Below, piece after piece: positions 50,557 to 64,000 of a stretch of 64,000 bases of DNA (position 1 is the stretch's first letter; every line of letters begins with the position of its first letter). The notes beneath the pieces are model-generated. The model did not search any database and was not told the origin of the DNA. It saw only the letters and a program-made list of their open reading frames with translations. The DNA is taken from NCBI RefSeq assembly GCF_001194135.2, contig NC_069002.1, positions 13,001,708 through 13,065,707 of the forward strand, in the 5' to 3' direction. The DNA comes from Octopus bimaculoides (Eukaryota). Position numbers and translations under genes: made by a program.

Positions 50557-51060
50557 TTTTGCTTGTTACTTATGTTTTTCGTAATATTCTAATATATATA
50601 TAGAACGGTTCGATAGTTTTTTGTTTTCTTTTATCAACTGAAGTTCAAAACCACAAGACTTGAAGGTTTGTGTCTAGCTGGGTCAGTAGTAAAGAAAAGA
50701 ACAAGGAAAAGAAAAAAAGTGAAAATCAAAGGAGGAGGACACAACAAACGAAACGACCAGGACAAGACGACAGTTCCTGCACACAAGCTAGAAAGAACAG
50801 GGGTAAACAGTCGGGTAGGTTTAGCGCTATTATATACCCTCTTTCAAACAAGGACTGACAAATCGCTGAGCAGTTAGCACACGAATCAAGGCCGCAGCCA
50901 CCGCTCTTTTTCCTTCTCTCTCTTAGCTCTTGTTTTTCACCCCCCACTACTTTCTAGTAATATTCGGCTCCAGTTAGTATAACTGATGAGATACAAATGT
51001 AGAACAGCTCCGGTTGGTTGCTCGGTTAGAAGTGTGGGTTTTCGATTTATAAAGTTTCGT
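50557..51060 (-). promoter_or_regulatory. Probable hexokinase 5'UTR/promoter region
   Basis: Unique CpG-richer sequence directly upstream of exon 1a. TATA-like words at 51051-51045 and 50836-50830 and an Inr-like TCAGTT at 50986-50981; the spacings do not define a single TSS. Confidence 0.35.
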
Positions 51061-54000
51061 GTTTTGTTTGTTATTTATTCTGTTCGTTTTTAAAGAGGCG
51101 CAGTATTTGTTACGATGACGATAACGATGATGTTAGCCTATAGAGAGAGAGATACTGGTGATAGTAGTAGTAGTAGTAGTAATGATAACGGTACGGTGAG
51201 AGATGTCTTTTACTCTTGCATATCTCCCTGTCTCTTTCTCCCTCCCTCTCTTTATCACTCACTCATGTACTTATATCACTTTCCTTCTGTCGCTCACTCA
51301 CACACTCTGATTTGCAACATACTACGTTCTATCTTTTACATTTCTATTCTCTCTCTCTCTTTCAATACATACATACATATCTATACATTAATATATATAA
51401 TATAGATAGATTGATAAATAGATAGGTGGCTCTATAGTAAGAAGTTTGCTTCTCAATCACATGGTCCTAGGTTCAGTTCCACTGTGTAGCACTTTGCACA
51501 AGTGTCTTCTACTATAGCCTCAGGCTGGCCAAAGCTTTGTGAGTGGATTTGGTAGACAGAAGCTGAAAGAAGCCTGTTGTATATGTGTGTACGAGTCTGT
51601 GTTTTTCTCCCACCACTGCTTGACAACTGGTGTTGGTGTATTGACATACCCGTAAATTAGCAGTTCAGCAAAAGGGACCGATTGAATAAGTACCAGGTTT
51701 TTAAAAAAACAATAATAGGTATTGGGGTCAATTCATCTGACCAAAATTCTTCAATGTAGTGCCCCAGCATGACCTCAGTCTAATAACTAAAACAAAGAAA
51801 AAAGATAGAGAGATAGACAAACAGATAGTAGGTAGATAGATAGATAGACTAGATTAGGAGACATAGACCAATCGTTTACATTTTTCTTGCTACTCTGCTT
51901 TCACTATCATATTTCAACCTTCACCTTCACCATCATCATCTGTCTACCACGAAAGATAAGAATAAATGTCTCCACAGCCAAGGGGAAGAAAGGTAGAGTG
52001 AAGATGCAAAGGTAGCTATTTTGCAGGAGAACTTGATAATATTAACTCACTGAAAGATGAAACAACTTTCTGGATTGAACTGCTGTTCTATTACAGACAA
52101 ACAGGTGTTGTTTGTCAGACAATACTGACATTCTGTACCAGAATATTTTTGTGGTCATTCAACCTGCTAGGAATAGCAGCCAATTTTCCATTAAATCATA
52201 CCCTGTCATTTTAAACCTTTGGAGTGTGATTAAATTTCATGGTCATTCCCATAATATTAACTATCCACCAAAAATTAGAATTGATATTTTCTGCTTCTGC
52301 AATTCAATTTTTCAGTATTTCCTGTAGGAAATACAGTTTTCAAAATCCATCACTAAAACTATTTGATTCTTGCTCTGCAAAGATATATTTGATGAAATAT
52401 GTGAAAAAAAAAAAAAAAAATTAAGAAAATCTGAATTATTAAAGATATATTTAATTGGGTTGTAAGTAATAAAGAACATTAGATTACTGTTTATAATACG
52501 ACTGAAGGCATCTTGCTTTCTGATTTCAAATCCTGGCAGCATTCTATATTATTATCAAATCTTGGCTCAAAAAAGTGATGGTCTTTGGTAGAATCTTTGG
52601 AGCATCAGATAAAATGCAATGTGGTATTTATTCCAACTCTTTATGTTTTAAGTTTATGTTATTGGCACCAAAGCAAAGTTCGAATTTGAGATATAAAGAT
52701 CCAAAAACAGAAATGGCAAGACTACTCACCTAATGCTTTAACAATTCTGTATTAAGATCTTTTATCTTTTACTTGTTTCAGTCTTTTGACTGTGACCATG
52801 CTGGAGTACTAACTTGAAGGGTTTTTAGTCAAACAAATTGACTCCAAGGCTTATTTTTTTCAAAGCTTAGTGCTTAGTCCATCAGTCTCTTTTGCTGAAC
52901 TGCTAGGTTGTGGGGACATAAACACATGAGGAATTTTACATTATGTATTTGTCCAACTAATACAAAATATAAAATTTCTCATCTCAGAAATATAGAATTG
53001 TATTATCCAATCAATATGGAGCCAACATAAAATATCAATGAAGGTTTATAAACCTTAAAAATTCATTCTGACACTACAGGCACAGTGTAGTGGATAAAGG
53101 CTCTGGTTAATGCAGTGCAGTCACCTAAGGATTTTGAGTTCAATCCCAGGCAAGGCACTAAGGTGAATCACAACGCACCTGAAGAAAACTGGAGAGTACA
53201 ACAACCAAAATGGGGGCACCAAACCAACTAGGACATAATGCTTAAAAAATTATGGTAATTCCCTATCCCAGACTGTTTCCTTATTTATCAACTTCTGGTG
53301 TTGGATTTGGTAGAATTTGTAAGAGAGTTGGCGTGACTGTTGTGGTTAAGAAGTTTGCTTCCTGACCATATGGTTTCAGGTTCAGTCCTACTGCATAGCA
53401 CCTTGAGAAAGCGTCTTCAGTGATAGTTCTGGTGTGTGTGTGTTTTACTATCTCCTGGCTTTCATATCACATGATAGTTGTCAGTGAGTGTCATTATCAT
53501 ACAAGCAGTGTTATTTATTTCCAATCTCTCATGAAAACATGTCTGGTCATGGAAAAAAATATAACCTTACTTAGAAACAAATGAGGGTTAGGAACAAGAA
53601 GTGCATCCATCTGTAGAAAATCCACCTCAACAAATTCTGTCCAACTAATGCAAGTATGGAAAAGTGGATGCTAAAATGATGATTATGAATTGTGTATCTT
53701 GGACTACATTATTCAATTTATCCTTCCTTTGTTAAGATAGATGGTAATGTTTAACTTAAATCTGCCTTGGCTGTGTAGACTATTGAATAAAAATTGCTCC
53801 AGCTGTGAGTTGTTCTTGGATTAAGACCCACAGAGGCCCTTAAAAAATGTTGGTGCCCTCATATATATGTAATTCAAAACAATAATAGACTATAAAGTAA
53901 ATTTTTATTTTTCAAAATGAAAAATGTTTATTTTTGTCTACTTCCACTTTATTTATATTTGGATATTTTTGTCTTATGTTTTTTAATTGCAAAATCTTTG

Positions 54001-56789
54001 AGCAAATTCTCAAAATTAATCTAACATAACACATCTGATTCTATACTTAGCAGAGATAAAACATCCCGAATATTATTTTAGCAAGTTTAAAGTGATTTCT
54101 TTTGTGCCATAAACTATTTAGCATTTCTGTGATGCCCGCTTCCCTTGATGCTCCAAGCATGTGTTTATTTGGTTGAATGGTTAATCCAGTGCTGGCCATG
54201 ACTATCCTGTCATCTTCTTAAGAATTGTGTGTCTTTTTCTTAAACTGTAGGACTCTTAAGGTCAATTACCTAGTTTCTATGATGTATAAGTGACCAAGAT
54301 CACAGCATTCCCTTTGAATGGGACACCAGTCTGATGCAGGGTTCAAGGCCAGCGATTTTGAGGGGAAGGGGACAAGTCAGTTAAGTTGCTTCCAGTACTT
54401 GATTGGTACATTATGCTATCAACCCTGAAGGGATGAAAGGTAAAGTTGGCCTCAGTGAGATTTGAATTCAGAATGTAAAGAGTTGAAATAAATACTGCTA
54501 AACATTTTGTCCAATGTGCAAATGATTCTGCCAGCTTGCTGCCTGTTGTGTATCTAGGACTACATTATAGACCCTGAAAGGATGAAAGGCAAAATCAACC
54601 TTGGCAGGATTTGAACTAACTGCCTTGATGATGATGATAATTCTTTCTAATATAGGCACAAGGCTTGAAATTTCGGGGTAAAGAGGGAACCGGTTACATG
54701 AAACCCAGTGCTCAATTAATAGTAGCTTTGTTAACCTCGAAAGGATGAAAAACAAAGTTGACCTCAGCAGAATTTGAACTCAAAACAAAGAGTCAGAAGA
54801 AATGTCACTAAGCATTTTGTTCAATATGCTAATGATTCAGCCAGCTTGACGTATATAATGTATCTAGGACTACACTGTCCAGCTTGTTCCTGTTTTTATT
54901 TAAAATGATATAGTGTCATTTGGTTGCTGTTTCTAGCACAACCATGTAAAGATTCTGGTAGTGGTTGCAAGAGAGGAAGGAAGGAAGGAACAATGTGGAA
55001 GTCGGTCTGAATGTGACAATTGCTACCTCACTGCAATTATCATTGGTTGAATGACCAAACAAGAGACTTTTCTCTTGCTGGTTCGACAACTGTACAAGAC
55101 GTTGGTTAATTAAATCACAAACATTGCACAGGGAACATTTATAACTTTCTAGCAGTCGACTAATTTCTTGTAGCTTAACAACGTTGTCTTGTTGCTCACA
55201 CGAAAAATTGTAGGCCAATCGAGGATCTAATTACAGATTTAATTAAAAGACAGTTGACAATAGGAGGAGTGGAGGAAGGGTGGCTGGTGTGGTGTTGTTA
55301 TTAACAACAGATGGTTGGGTGGGTTTTTAAAAGGAATATTTAACTGTCAATAGTTGTTGTTGTTTTTTAACCCCAGTTCAGTTGATAGAGCAGACCTAGA
55401 GCCATACTGTTATATTATCTTCCACTTGCTTCAATCATTGGACTGCAGCCATACTGGGGCACCATTTTGAAGGCTTTAGTCGAACAAATTGACCCTAGGC
55501 CTTATTTTTAAGCCTGATACTTATTCTATCTTTCAGTTTCTTATTTCTTTATTGCCCACAAGGGGCTAAACATAGAGGGGACAAACAAGGACAGACAAAG
55601 GGATTAAGTCAATTACATCGTAACTGGTACTTAATTTATAGTTACGGTATATTCTGTTAGGAATGTGGAAGAGCACAGTATAAAACTCATCCACCTTCAG
55701 AATTGCCCAGTACTATCCAGTAATATCATTATATACTTCCAAGTTTAAGTTTGAGCATTCAATGAGTTCGATACCTGAACTAGGCTGAGTGTTGTGTTCT
55801 TGAACAAGACACTTTATTTCACGTGTTTCCAGTTCACTCAGCTGTAGAAATGAGTTGCAATGTCACTGGTGCCAAGCTGTATTGACGTTTGCCTTTTTCA
55901 TGGATAACATTGGTGGTGTGGAGAGGAGAGGCTGGTATGCCTGGGTGACTGCTGCTCTTCCATAAACAACCTTGCCTGGACGTGTGCCCCTGAGGGGAAC
56001 TTTCTAAGTGCAATTCCATGGTCATTCACGACCAAAGGGGGTCTTTACGGTGGTTTAAGTCCTGGGATAGGTCAGTTTCATGCTAGGAGATGGGGGGATT
56101 ACTATGAGAGTGGAGCATGTTCCTGGTTACTCACACCTAAAATAGGAAAAAAAGAATTAACACTGAGAGTACACATGCCTGTGGAATACTCAGCCACTTA
56201 GTAGAAAACATTTGCCCAACATGCCATGCAGTAGGACTGAACCCAGAACCATGTGGTTGGGAAGTTTGCTTCTTACTATGCAGCCATGCCTGTGCTTCTT
56301 TATTTATATATATTTACTGTGGAATGGTGACATTTAAAAGTCAAATTTGTCTTGAATATAGAACACAAGAACAAAATCTTTCTCAATATACAAACCACCA
56401 TTGTTCAACTTAGTCAAACTACTCTATCTATCCAGTTGGGCATCTATGCCTTCACATCACTTTCAAAACAACTGAAGAAAAAGCAAATTAAAAAATTTTT
56501 AGCTTCTCCTTTGTCTTGAATGAATGGTCACGGTATTGGATTATATGGGACATAACTAGTTATATAAATCAAACAGAATATATAGGCTGTCAGTAAAGTT
56601 ATGCAAACTATAAACAAAATATAGGCCAAGACTACAATTGTCATAAATGAATAATGTTGAGCATGAGGACATCACACCACCACCTAGCAGGTGTGGTCGA
56701 CAGATTTGCATGGCCTCCCAGTCTATGTTCCATGTAAATATAAATATAATTATCATCATTTTAATGTTTTCGTTTCATAAATTAGACAG

Positions 56790-57150
56790 CTAATGATGGA
56801 TCCATTTAACATTATGCTTCCCTCGATGGGTAATGTCAGTGTGCACACATGACAGAGTGTAAATGATTTAAGAGGAAACTTGGGTATATAAGAGACATCA
56901 GATGTTTTGTGCAAGAGAGAAGACTGCACTGGTTTTGTCATGTGAGATGTATGGATGAGGACAGCTGCATAAAGAAGTGTCAAGCTCTAATTGTGGAGGA
57001 AACCTGTGGAAGGACTAGACCCAAGAAAATGTAAGACGATGTGGCGAGAAAGGATCTTCAGACACTGGACCTCACTGAGGTAATGACAGGGGACTGGGAG
57101 TTGTGGTAATTTGTTGTAATTGGGAGGATGCATCAAGCTAAGTAAAATCG
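56790..57150 (+). mobile_element. RTE-like LINE ORF2 C-terminal relic
   Basis: VQERRLHWFCHVRCMDEDSCIKKC...GRTRPKKM*D...KDLQTLDLTE...QAK*; a similar relic lies at about 35600-35890. Confidence 0.65.
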
Positions 57151-57608
57151 CTGTCATCCATACACACGAGCTTAATAGTTAGAGCGACGGGCTCTCAATC
57201 ATGAGGTAGTGAGTTTGATTCCTGAATCCGACTACATGTCGTGTTCTTGAGCAAGGCACTTTATTTCACATTGTTCCAGTTCACTCATCTGTAGAAACGA
57301 GTTGCGATGTCACTGATGCCAAATTGTATTAGCCTTTGCCTTTCCTTTGGATAACTTTGGTGGCATAGAGAAGGAAGGCTGGTATGTATGGGTGACTGCT
57401 GGTCTTCCACAAACAACCTTACCTGGACTTGTGCCTCAGAGGGGAACTTTCTAGGTGCAATCCCAGTCTTTTAATAATTGTGATGTATGATGTGTGTGTG
57501 TGTAACAGTGAGTTGTTTAATACACATCAATTGAAAACAGCCGCTTTCTACTTTGAATGAGTTCAGTTATAGTCAGTGATACTATAACAATTTTAAATAT
57601 ATTATCAG

Positions 57609-57975
57609 AGGCGTAGGAGTGGCTGTGTGGTAAGCAGCTTGCTTACCAACCACATGGTTCTGGGTTTAGTCCCACTGCGTGGCACCTTGGGCAAGTGTCT
57701 TCTACTATAGCCTCGGGCGAACCAAAGCCTCGTGAGTGGATTTGGTAGACGGAAACTGAAAGAAGCCCGTCGTATATATGTGTGTTTGTCCCTCCAACAT
57801 CGCTTGACAACCGATGCTGGTGTGTTTACGTCCCCGTAACTTAGCGGTTCGGCAAAAAGAGACCGATAGAATAAGTACTAGGCTTACAACGACTAAGTCC
57901 TGGGGTCGATTTGCTCGACTAAAGGCGGTGCTCCAGCATGGCCGCAGGCAAATGACTGAAACAAGTAAAAGAGTA
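57609..57975 (+). mobile_element. SINE family A copy
   Basis: Full length. Further full copies at 59391-59760 and 60709-61120; partial copies at 761-901, 9475-9735, 17340-17580, 38835-39070 and 51425-51810. Confidence 0.9.
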
Positions 57976-58604
57976 GAGGACCTGACTTGATTATCCATGC
58001 CAGTAACATCTGTATTCTCCCTCCTATATATATATATATATATATAAAAAGGTCAACCTTGCACTTGAGTTAGAAGTCTTTATTATTTATTAGAATAAAA
58101 TGAATGGATTAACTGGTGACAACCAAAGGAAATACAGGGGCATTAGATGGGCTTGCGAGGAGCAGGGAGTTATAACCCACTTTACTGGTTTAGAGAAACA
58201 GAAGCCATGAAAGTATCAGTGGTTAGAGAGAGGGAGGGAGAAGGGAGAAGGAAACATGATGGTCAGTGGTGGTAGTATGTAGGTGAGGTGTGGTGGGAGG
58301 TTTTAATCAATCCATCACATTTTTTTTTTTTCATTATTTCTTTTCTTTTGTTTATTGGATGCCTTCTCAGCTGTTCTTCTGTTGTAGTAGCAACAGCAGC
58401 AATGATGGGGCAGACTCCAAAGTGGGTCTTTCTTGAGTTTTGTGAAATATTCAGTAATAAATCAGCAAAGAAATATATTCTGGTCCTGAAAAGGAAGACC
58501 AGTCTTCTACTATAGCCTCAGGCCAATCAAAACCTTATGAGTGGATTTGGTAGACAGAAACTGAAAAAAAGCCCATCGTGTGTGTATGTGTATATATATA
58601 TATG

Positions 58605-60495
58605 TGTTCAAAAAGTCTCTCCACAGCGAATTTTTTTTTTAATCCTGCGCATGCACAACTTGGCTACCACTGCATGGTCGGCCGGGTGTCAGTCATTGTG
58701 TACCTACCCTTCAGCGTGTCAACATGCAAACCATTGAAGAACGTACATTTTTAGTTGAAAGGGTGTTTCGAGCTGGAAACAAATACACAGATACTGTGAA
58801 ACAGAAGTTCTTTTCCAAATACTGTTGTTCCACATCGTGATACTGTGCGAGATTTGATAAGAAAATTTAAAAACACAGGCTCATTGGAAGATGCAGCAAG
58901 AAGCGGTAGGCCTACTGTTCTTTCAGCTGAAACACTCTCTAATATTTCTGATAAACTGTTGGCAAACCCATCAAAGTCCCTATGCAAATTGTCACAGGAA
59001 ACGGAAGTCAGCCTAGGAAGTGCTTACATGGCAGTAAAAAAGAAATAAAATTTCTTTCCATACAAAGAGCTGGCCATTCAAGAATTGAAGATTATGGATA
59101 ATGCTAAAAGGCTTCGTTATTGTCATTGGTTCCAAAACTTTGTTGCTGCAAAAGGCATAGAAGTGCTGGATGGGTGCTTTTACACTGATGAGGCTTGGTT
59201 TCAAATGTTGGGATACGTAAATTTGCAAAACACAAGGTTATGGAGCACTGAGAATCCACACGTGAAGGATGAGCAACCTCTGCATCCTGAAAAAGCTGGA
59301 GTATGGATAGGAATTACGAGAAAGCGTATTGTGGGACTGATATTTTTTGAAGACACCATCAACACCGAAAGATATTGCTCAAATATTGTCAGGAGTGGCT
59401 GTGTGGTAAGTAGCTTACTTACCAACCACATGGTTCTGGGTTCAGTCGCACTTCATGGCACCTTGGGCAAATGTCTTCTGCCATAGCCTCGGGCCGACCA
59501 AAGCCTTGTGAGCAGATTTGGTAGACGGAAACTGAAAGAAGCCCGTCATATATATGTATATGTGTATGCTTGTGTGTCTGTGTTTGTCCCCCCAACATCG
59601 CTTGACATGCGATGCTGGTGTGTTTACGTCCCCATAACTTAGCGGTTCAGCAAAAGAGACTGATAGAATAAGTACTAGGCTTACAAAGAATAAGTCCTGG
59701 GGTCGATTAACTCGACTAAAGGCGGTGCTCCAGCATGGCTGAAACAAGTAAAAGAGTAAATCCATTTATGGCCAACTCACTGAAAGTGAAAGTAATAATG
59801 CATACTTTTAGCAAGATGGAGCTACACCACATACTTCACGCATCACAACGGTGCTACTTCAAGAGTTTTACAATGAACGGATTATTTTGAAGGGACTTTG
59901 GCCACCAAGATCACCTGATTTAACACCACCAGACATTTTTTCTGGGGAGGAAGTAAGGGATCAGTGTATAAGAATCGCCCGAAAACCATTAATGAGCGAA
60001 AAGACACACTCATAACCTTCACACGGTCCATACCGTGTCAGACACTCCAAGATGTATTTCAAAACATGTGTAGAAGAGTCAACTTCACGCATAACCACGG
60101 TGCTACTTCAAAAGTTTTACGATGAACGGATTATTTCAGAGGGACTTTGGCCGGCAAGATCACCTGATTTAACACCACCAGACGTTTTTTCTGGGGAACC
60201 AGTAAAGAATCAGGGTACAAGAATCGCCTGAAAACCATTAATGAGCTAAAGGACACAATCATAACTTTCACCACACGGTCCATACCGTGTCAGACTCTCC
60301 AAGATGTATTTCAAAACATGCGTAGAAGAGTCAACTTATGTATTGAAAATGAAAGACGACACTTTCAACACTTTTATAAAGTTTTTTAAACTCTTGTAAA
60401 GTCTAATATATTCTTTTGCAGTCTTATACCATCTTATAAAAATATTTATTTTGCAATAAAATACTTAATGCAGAGAGACTTTTTGAACATCCTGT
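58605..60495 (+). mobile_element. Decayed Tc1/mariner-superfamily transposon (rosa/DD41D-like)
   Basis: 17-bp TIR match (tgttcaaaaagtctctc at 58605-58621 vs 60473-60489), TA-rich flanks, transposase relic inside. Confidence 0.85.
58724..60380 (+). pseudogene. Mariner-type transposase pseudogene
   Basis: MQTIEERTFLV...KFKNTGS.ED..RSGRP (HTH region), FYTDEAWF, WSTENP, PLHPEK, QDGATPH, WPPRSPDLTPPD. Broken by frameshifts, stops at 59046 and about 59808, a SINE insertion and a tandem duplication. Confidence 0.9.
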
Positions 60496-60880
60496 TTATA
60501 CAAATGAAATTTACAGAATGCTTGATAACTGATGTTGGTGTGTTTATGTCCCCATAACTTAGCAGTTCAGTAAAAGAGACTGATAGAATAAGTATTAGGC
60601 TTACAAAGAATAAGTTCTGGGGTCGATTTGTTTGACTAAAAGACCATTTAAGGCAGTGCACTACCATGAAACAAGTAGAAGAATAACAGAATATAAATGT
60701 TTGTATATAGGCACAGGAGTGGCTGTGTGGTAAGTAGCTTGCTTACCAACCACATGGTTCCAGGTTCAGTCCCACTGAGTGGCACCGTGGGCAAGTGTCT
60801 TCTACTATAGCCTCGGGCCAACGAAAGCCTTGAGAGTGGATTTAGTAGACGGAAACTGAAAGGAGCCCGTCATATATATG

Positions 60881-60915
<35 letters not shown>

Positions 60916-62042
60916 CTGTGTTTGTCCCCCTAGCATTGCTTGACAACCGATGCTGGTGTGTTTATGTCCCCGTAACTTAGCGGTTCAGCAAAAAAAGACC
61001 GATAGAATAAGTACTAGGCTTACAAAGAATAAGTCCCGGGGTCGATTTGCTCGACTAAAGGCGGTGCTCCAGCATGGCCGCAGGCAAATGACTGAAACAA
61101 GTAAAAGAGTAAAAGAGAGTATATGTAAGTGTGGATGCTGATACTTCAAACATATCGCCCTCTGAGCAAAACAGTGATGACGCTGACACTCTTTGTTGAC
61201 AATGCTACCAATGGCTCTGCAATTTCAAATATCTTTGGAATAAATAAAAATTCCATATTTGACAGACAGTTGAGGGTTGGTGTCAGGAAAAACATCCGGC
61301 TGTAAAATCCTGCCTCAAATAACTCACTGTCTAACAAGAGTCATCTTAGTAGTTTTATAGGTTCCTAGGCAAAGCAATGTACTGGGCCCTATTGCATTTT
61401 TTTATTGACAGCAAATCACAATATATAGACCAATGTTGTTGTTGGCACTCCGTCGCTTATGACGTCAAGGGTTCCACTTGATCCGATCAACGGAACAGCC
61501 TGCTCGTGAAATTAACGTGCAAGTGGCTGAGCACTCCACAGACATGTGTACCCTTAACGTAGTTCTCGGGGATATTCAGCGTGACACAGTGTGACAAAGC
61601 TGACCCTTTGAATTACAGGTACAACAGAAACAGGAAGAAAGAGTGAGAGAAAGTTGTAGTGAAAGAGTACAGTAGGGTTCGTCACCATCCCCTGCCGGAG
61701 CCTCGTGGAGCTTTAGGTGTTTTCACTCAATAAACACTCACAACGCCCAGTCTGGGAATCGAAACCGCGAGTCTGCTTCCCTAACCACTGGGCCATTGCG
61801 CCTCCACATATAGACCAATAAGGCTGTCTTAAAATAACCCTGTATCTTACCCATTCCAGCAAGAAAAAAAGAAAATAACATTAAACAAACAAATACAGGT
61901 ATGTAAAAGAAGGCAGTGTTAATGTGTGTGTCTATGTATGAACATGCGTGTGTGTGTGTGTGCCTCATACACAAAGATGGGTCCATAGGTCCATAATTGG
62001 TCACCCATTCTCTTCCTTCCAAAAAAAAAAAAAAACTGTCTC

Positions 62043-62048
62043 TTTATT
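62043..62048 (-). terminator. Polyadenylation signal of GINS4
   Basis: AATAAA 55 nt after the stop codon, followed by a T-rich tract on the transcribed strand. Confidence 0.6.
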
Positions 62049-62103
62049 TCACACACTCAGATATAATTTAATGTCATCCGATTAATTTCATTTGATCAGT
62101 CCT

Positions 62104-62200
62104 TTATATTAGACTGATATCAGCAGAAGCCACCAGGGATTGGACTGGGAGGTACCGCATTATATGTTGATCACCCTTCTTTAAATCTACAATTTCATCC
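62104..62200 (-). CDS. GINS4: GINS4/SLD5 last coding exon (DEIVDLKKGDQHIMRYLPVQSLVASADISLI*)
   Basis: Resembles the SLD5 C-terminus IDLEKGSQHLIRY...LVASGAVQLI*. ttttccag|G acceptor, in phase with the previous exon, TAA at 62106-62104. Confidence 0.9.
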
Positions 62201-62243
62201 CTGGAAAATAGAAAAAAAAGAGAGAAATAGGTAAATATATTCA

Positions 62244-62280
<37 letters not shown>

Positions 62281-63063
62281 TGCGTGTGTGTGTATTTATA
62301 TAGGGTAAAAGAGTAAAGAGACATTTTGCTATGTTAGAATGAGACAGTTGGGCACACAACTGAACATTGATTATTTTGGCATGGATGAATCATCATCATC
62401 ATCATCATCATCATTTAACGTCCGCTTTCCAAGCTAGCATGGGTTGGACAATTTGACTGAGGACTGACGAACCAGTGGCTACACCAGGCTCCAATCTGAT
62501 TTGGCAGAGTTTCTACAGCTGGATGCCCTTCCTAACGCTAACCACTCCGAGAGTGTAGTGGGTGCTTTTACGTGCCACCAGCACGAAGGCCAGTCAGGCG
62601 GTACTGGCAACGACCACACTCGAAATGGTGTATTTTACGTGCTACCTGCACAGGAGCCAGTCCAGCGGCACTGGCAACAATCTCGCTCGAATGTCTTTAC
62701 ACATGCCACCGGCACAAGTGCCAGGAAGGCGATGCTGGGCATAGGTGCCATCACGATTTCGCTTTCGCTTGCCCCAACAGGTCTTCGCAAGCCGAGTTTC
62801 GTGTCCAATGAAGGAGACGACGTTGGTATGGGTGCCAGTCGTTATTTATAAAACCTAATTTGAGAAAAGGGAATGAGCTTTTTGTGTAAGTCAAAATATG
62901 ATTGCTTGGAAAACAATAGATACAGGACTTGAGCCCCATGAGTGAGTCTGTTTTCCTTTTCTGTCCTGAATTGGCATTTATAAATCCTAATATCACCAAA
63001 TGGGTTACTGAATCACCCAATCCACTCGACCATTCTAGGAAAGGGAGCAAAGCTGTAACTCAC

Positions 63064-63154
63064 CCCGTTTCCAATGTCTCCTCTTCAACCAAAACTCCAT
63101 CGACATCTTTGTTGACCTTGAAGAAGACGTAGCTGTCCAAAGAAGGAGCGATTC
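63064..63154 (-). CDS. GINS4: GINS complex subunit SLD5, penultimate exon (IAPSLDSYVFFKVNKDVDGVLVEEETLETG)
   Basis: Resembles human SLD5 PDLDSYVFLRV...ILVE. Pyrimidine-rich tcaaag|GA acceptor and GG|GTGAGT donor; 91 nt, phase 1 to 2. Confidence 0.88.
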
Positions 63155-64000
63155 CTTTGAGAAGAGAAAAATTATTGTAATATTTAGAAATAAAAGGAAT
63201 TTTAAAAAAATAATGTAAGAACATTTATATTTCTTTTATCTTTTTCTGTTACTAGTTTCAGCTTGAGGACTGTGGCCATGCTGGGGCACCACTGTTAGAC
63301 ATATCTACTGTAGAATTACAGTTTAGTGATATACTTGGTGTAGTATAGGTCTGGTGTTTAATGTGTTGTATCAGTCCTGATTGAGAAGTTTTATGATCAA
63401 AGGCATTCCAGCCTTGACCATCCCTACTTTTTTGTTTATACAATCAGCCTTGGACTACATTATCCAATGTGTCCTTTTCTAAGACAACAATGTATAATTT
63501 GAGGGAAATTTGGTTGCTATTTCTAGAAATTGATTTTAGAGTGTTCTCTAGGCATAGGACAAGTTATGAAATATTGATAGGGTTAAGAATGGATCTGGTA
63601 CCCTGGACAAGATAAGAGTGTGCTGGTAAGGAAAAGGGCATATAAAGGGTGTACAAGGGTGTATTTAGTGTAATGATATGGGTAAGTAGTAATTTGGTAT
63701 ATTGAGAAAGTTAAGGGTAGATTTGTGGAGGAAAAGTATAAATTTCTGGCTACTGATGTCCCCAGGTATCACTAAAGCTGTTGAGGGTACAGGGTTGATG
63801 ATGGTGAGGGGCTCAATGTTGGTGGAGCTGACGATGTTGGTAATGTTGGTGGTGAGGTGATGATGATGGTAGTCGTGATGGACTTGATGTTGGTGGTGGT
63901 GGTGGTGGTGGTGATGATGATGATAGTGGTGTGGCTGCTACTAATGATGATGATAATTATGGAAGTGTGTATGTGATGAAGACCGTGGCAGAGTCACCAA

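Noticed and set aside
53077-53150. Possible genuine tRNA genes at SINE heads
   Set aside because: No complete cloverleaf or acceptor stem, and each continues into a repeat body.
54916-55218. 100-aa unique-looking minus-strand ORF
   Set aside because: No recognisable domain, non-ATG start and no convincing splice sites. It is rich in TAAT/CCAAT words, so more likely non-coding.

Overview
AT-rich, microsatellite- and retroposon-dense animal genomic DNA with six N-gaps (389-760, 4462-4773, 13698-13991, 29142-29206, 36290-37091, 40689-40846). The repeat landscape looks like an Octopus genome; this is inferred from remembered SINE families and not verified. Two spliced genes lie on the minus strand. 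(1) A hexokinase: nine GT-AG exons from 50556 down to 1544 join into one uninterrupted frame of 384 codons; the 3' exons were not found and probably lie left of position 1. (2) The last two exons and polyA signal of GINS4/SLD5 (63154-62043). Most ORF-track entries are microsatellite or SINE translation noise. The most interesting observation is a second candidate first exon for hexokinase (49356-49282, MIRNVSVVTSRLLFTYFIRYGISNS). It is in phase with exon 2 and resembles a mitochondrial anchor, whereas the other first exon is hydrophilic (MPSTPEQIARYEK). Other highlights: a tRNA-headed repeat carrying a decayed hammerhead-like core; a minimal type I hammerhead fold; a SINE > mariner > SINE nest; interleaved inverted repeats; a foldback element; hAT-, piggyBac- and Helentron-like short elements; and relics of RTE, L1/Tx1, Hero and Penelope-like retroelements.
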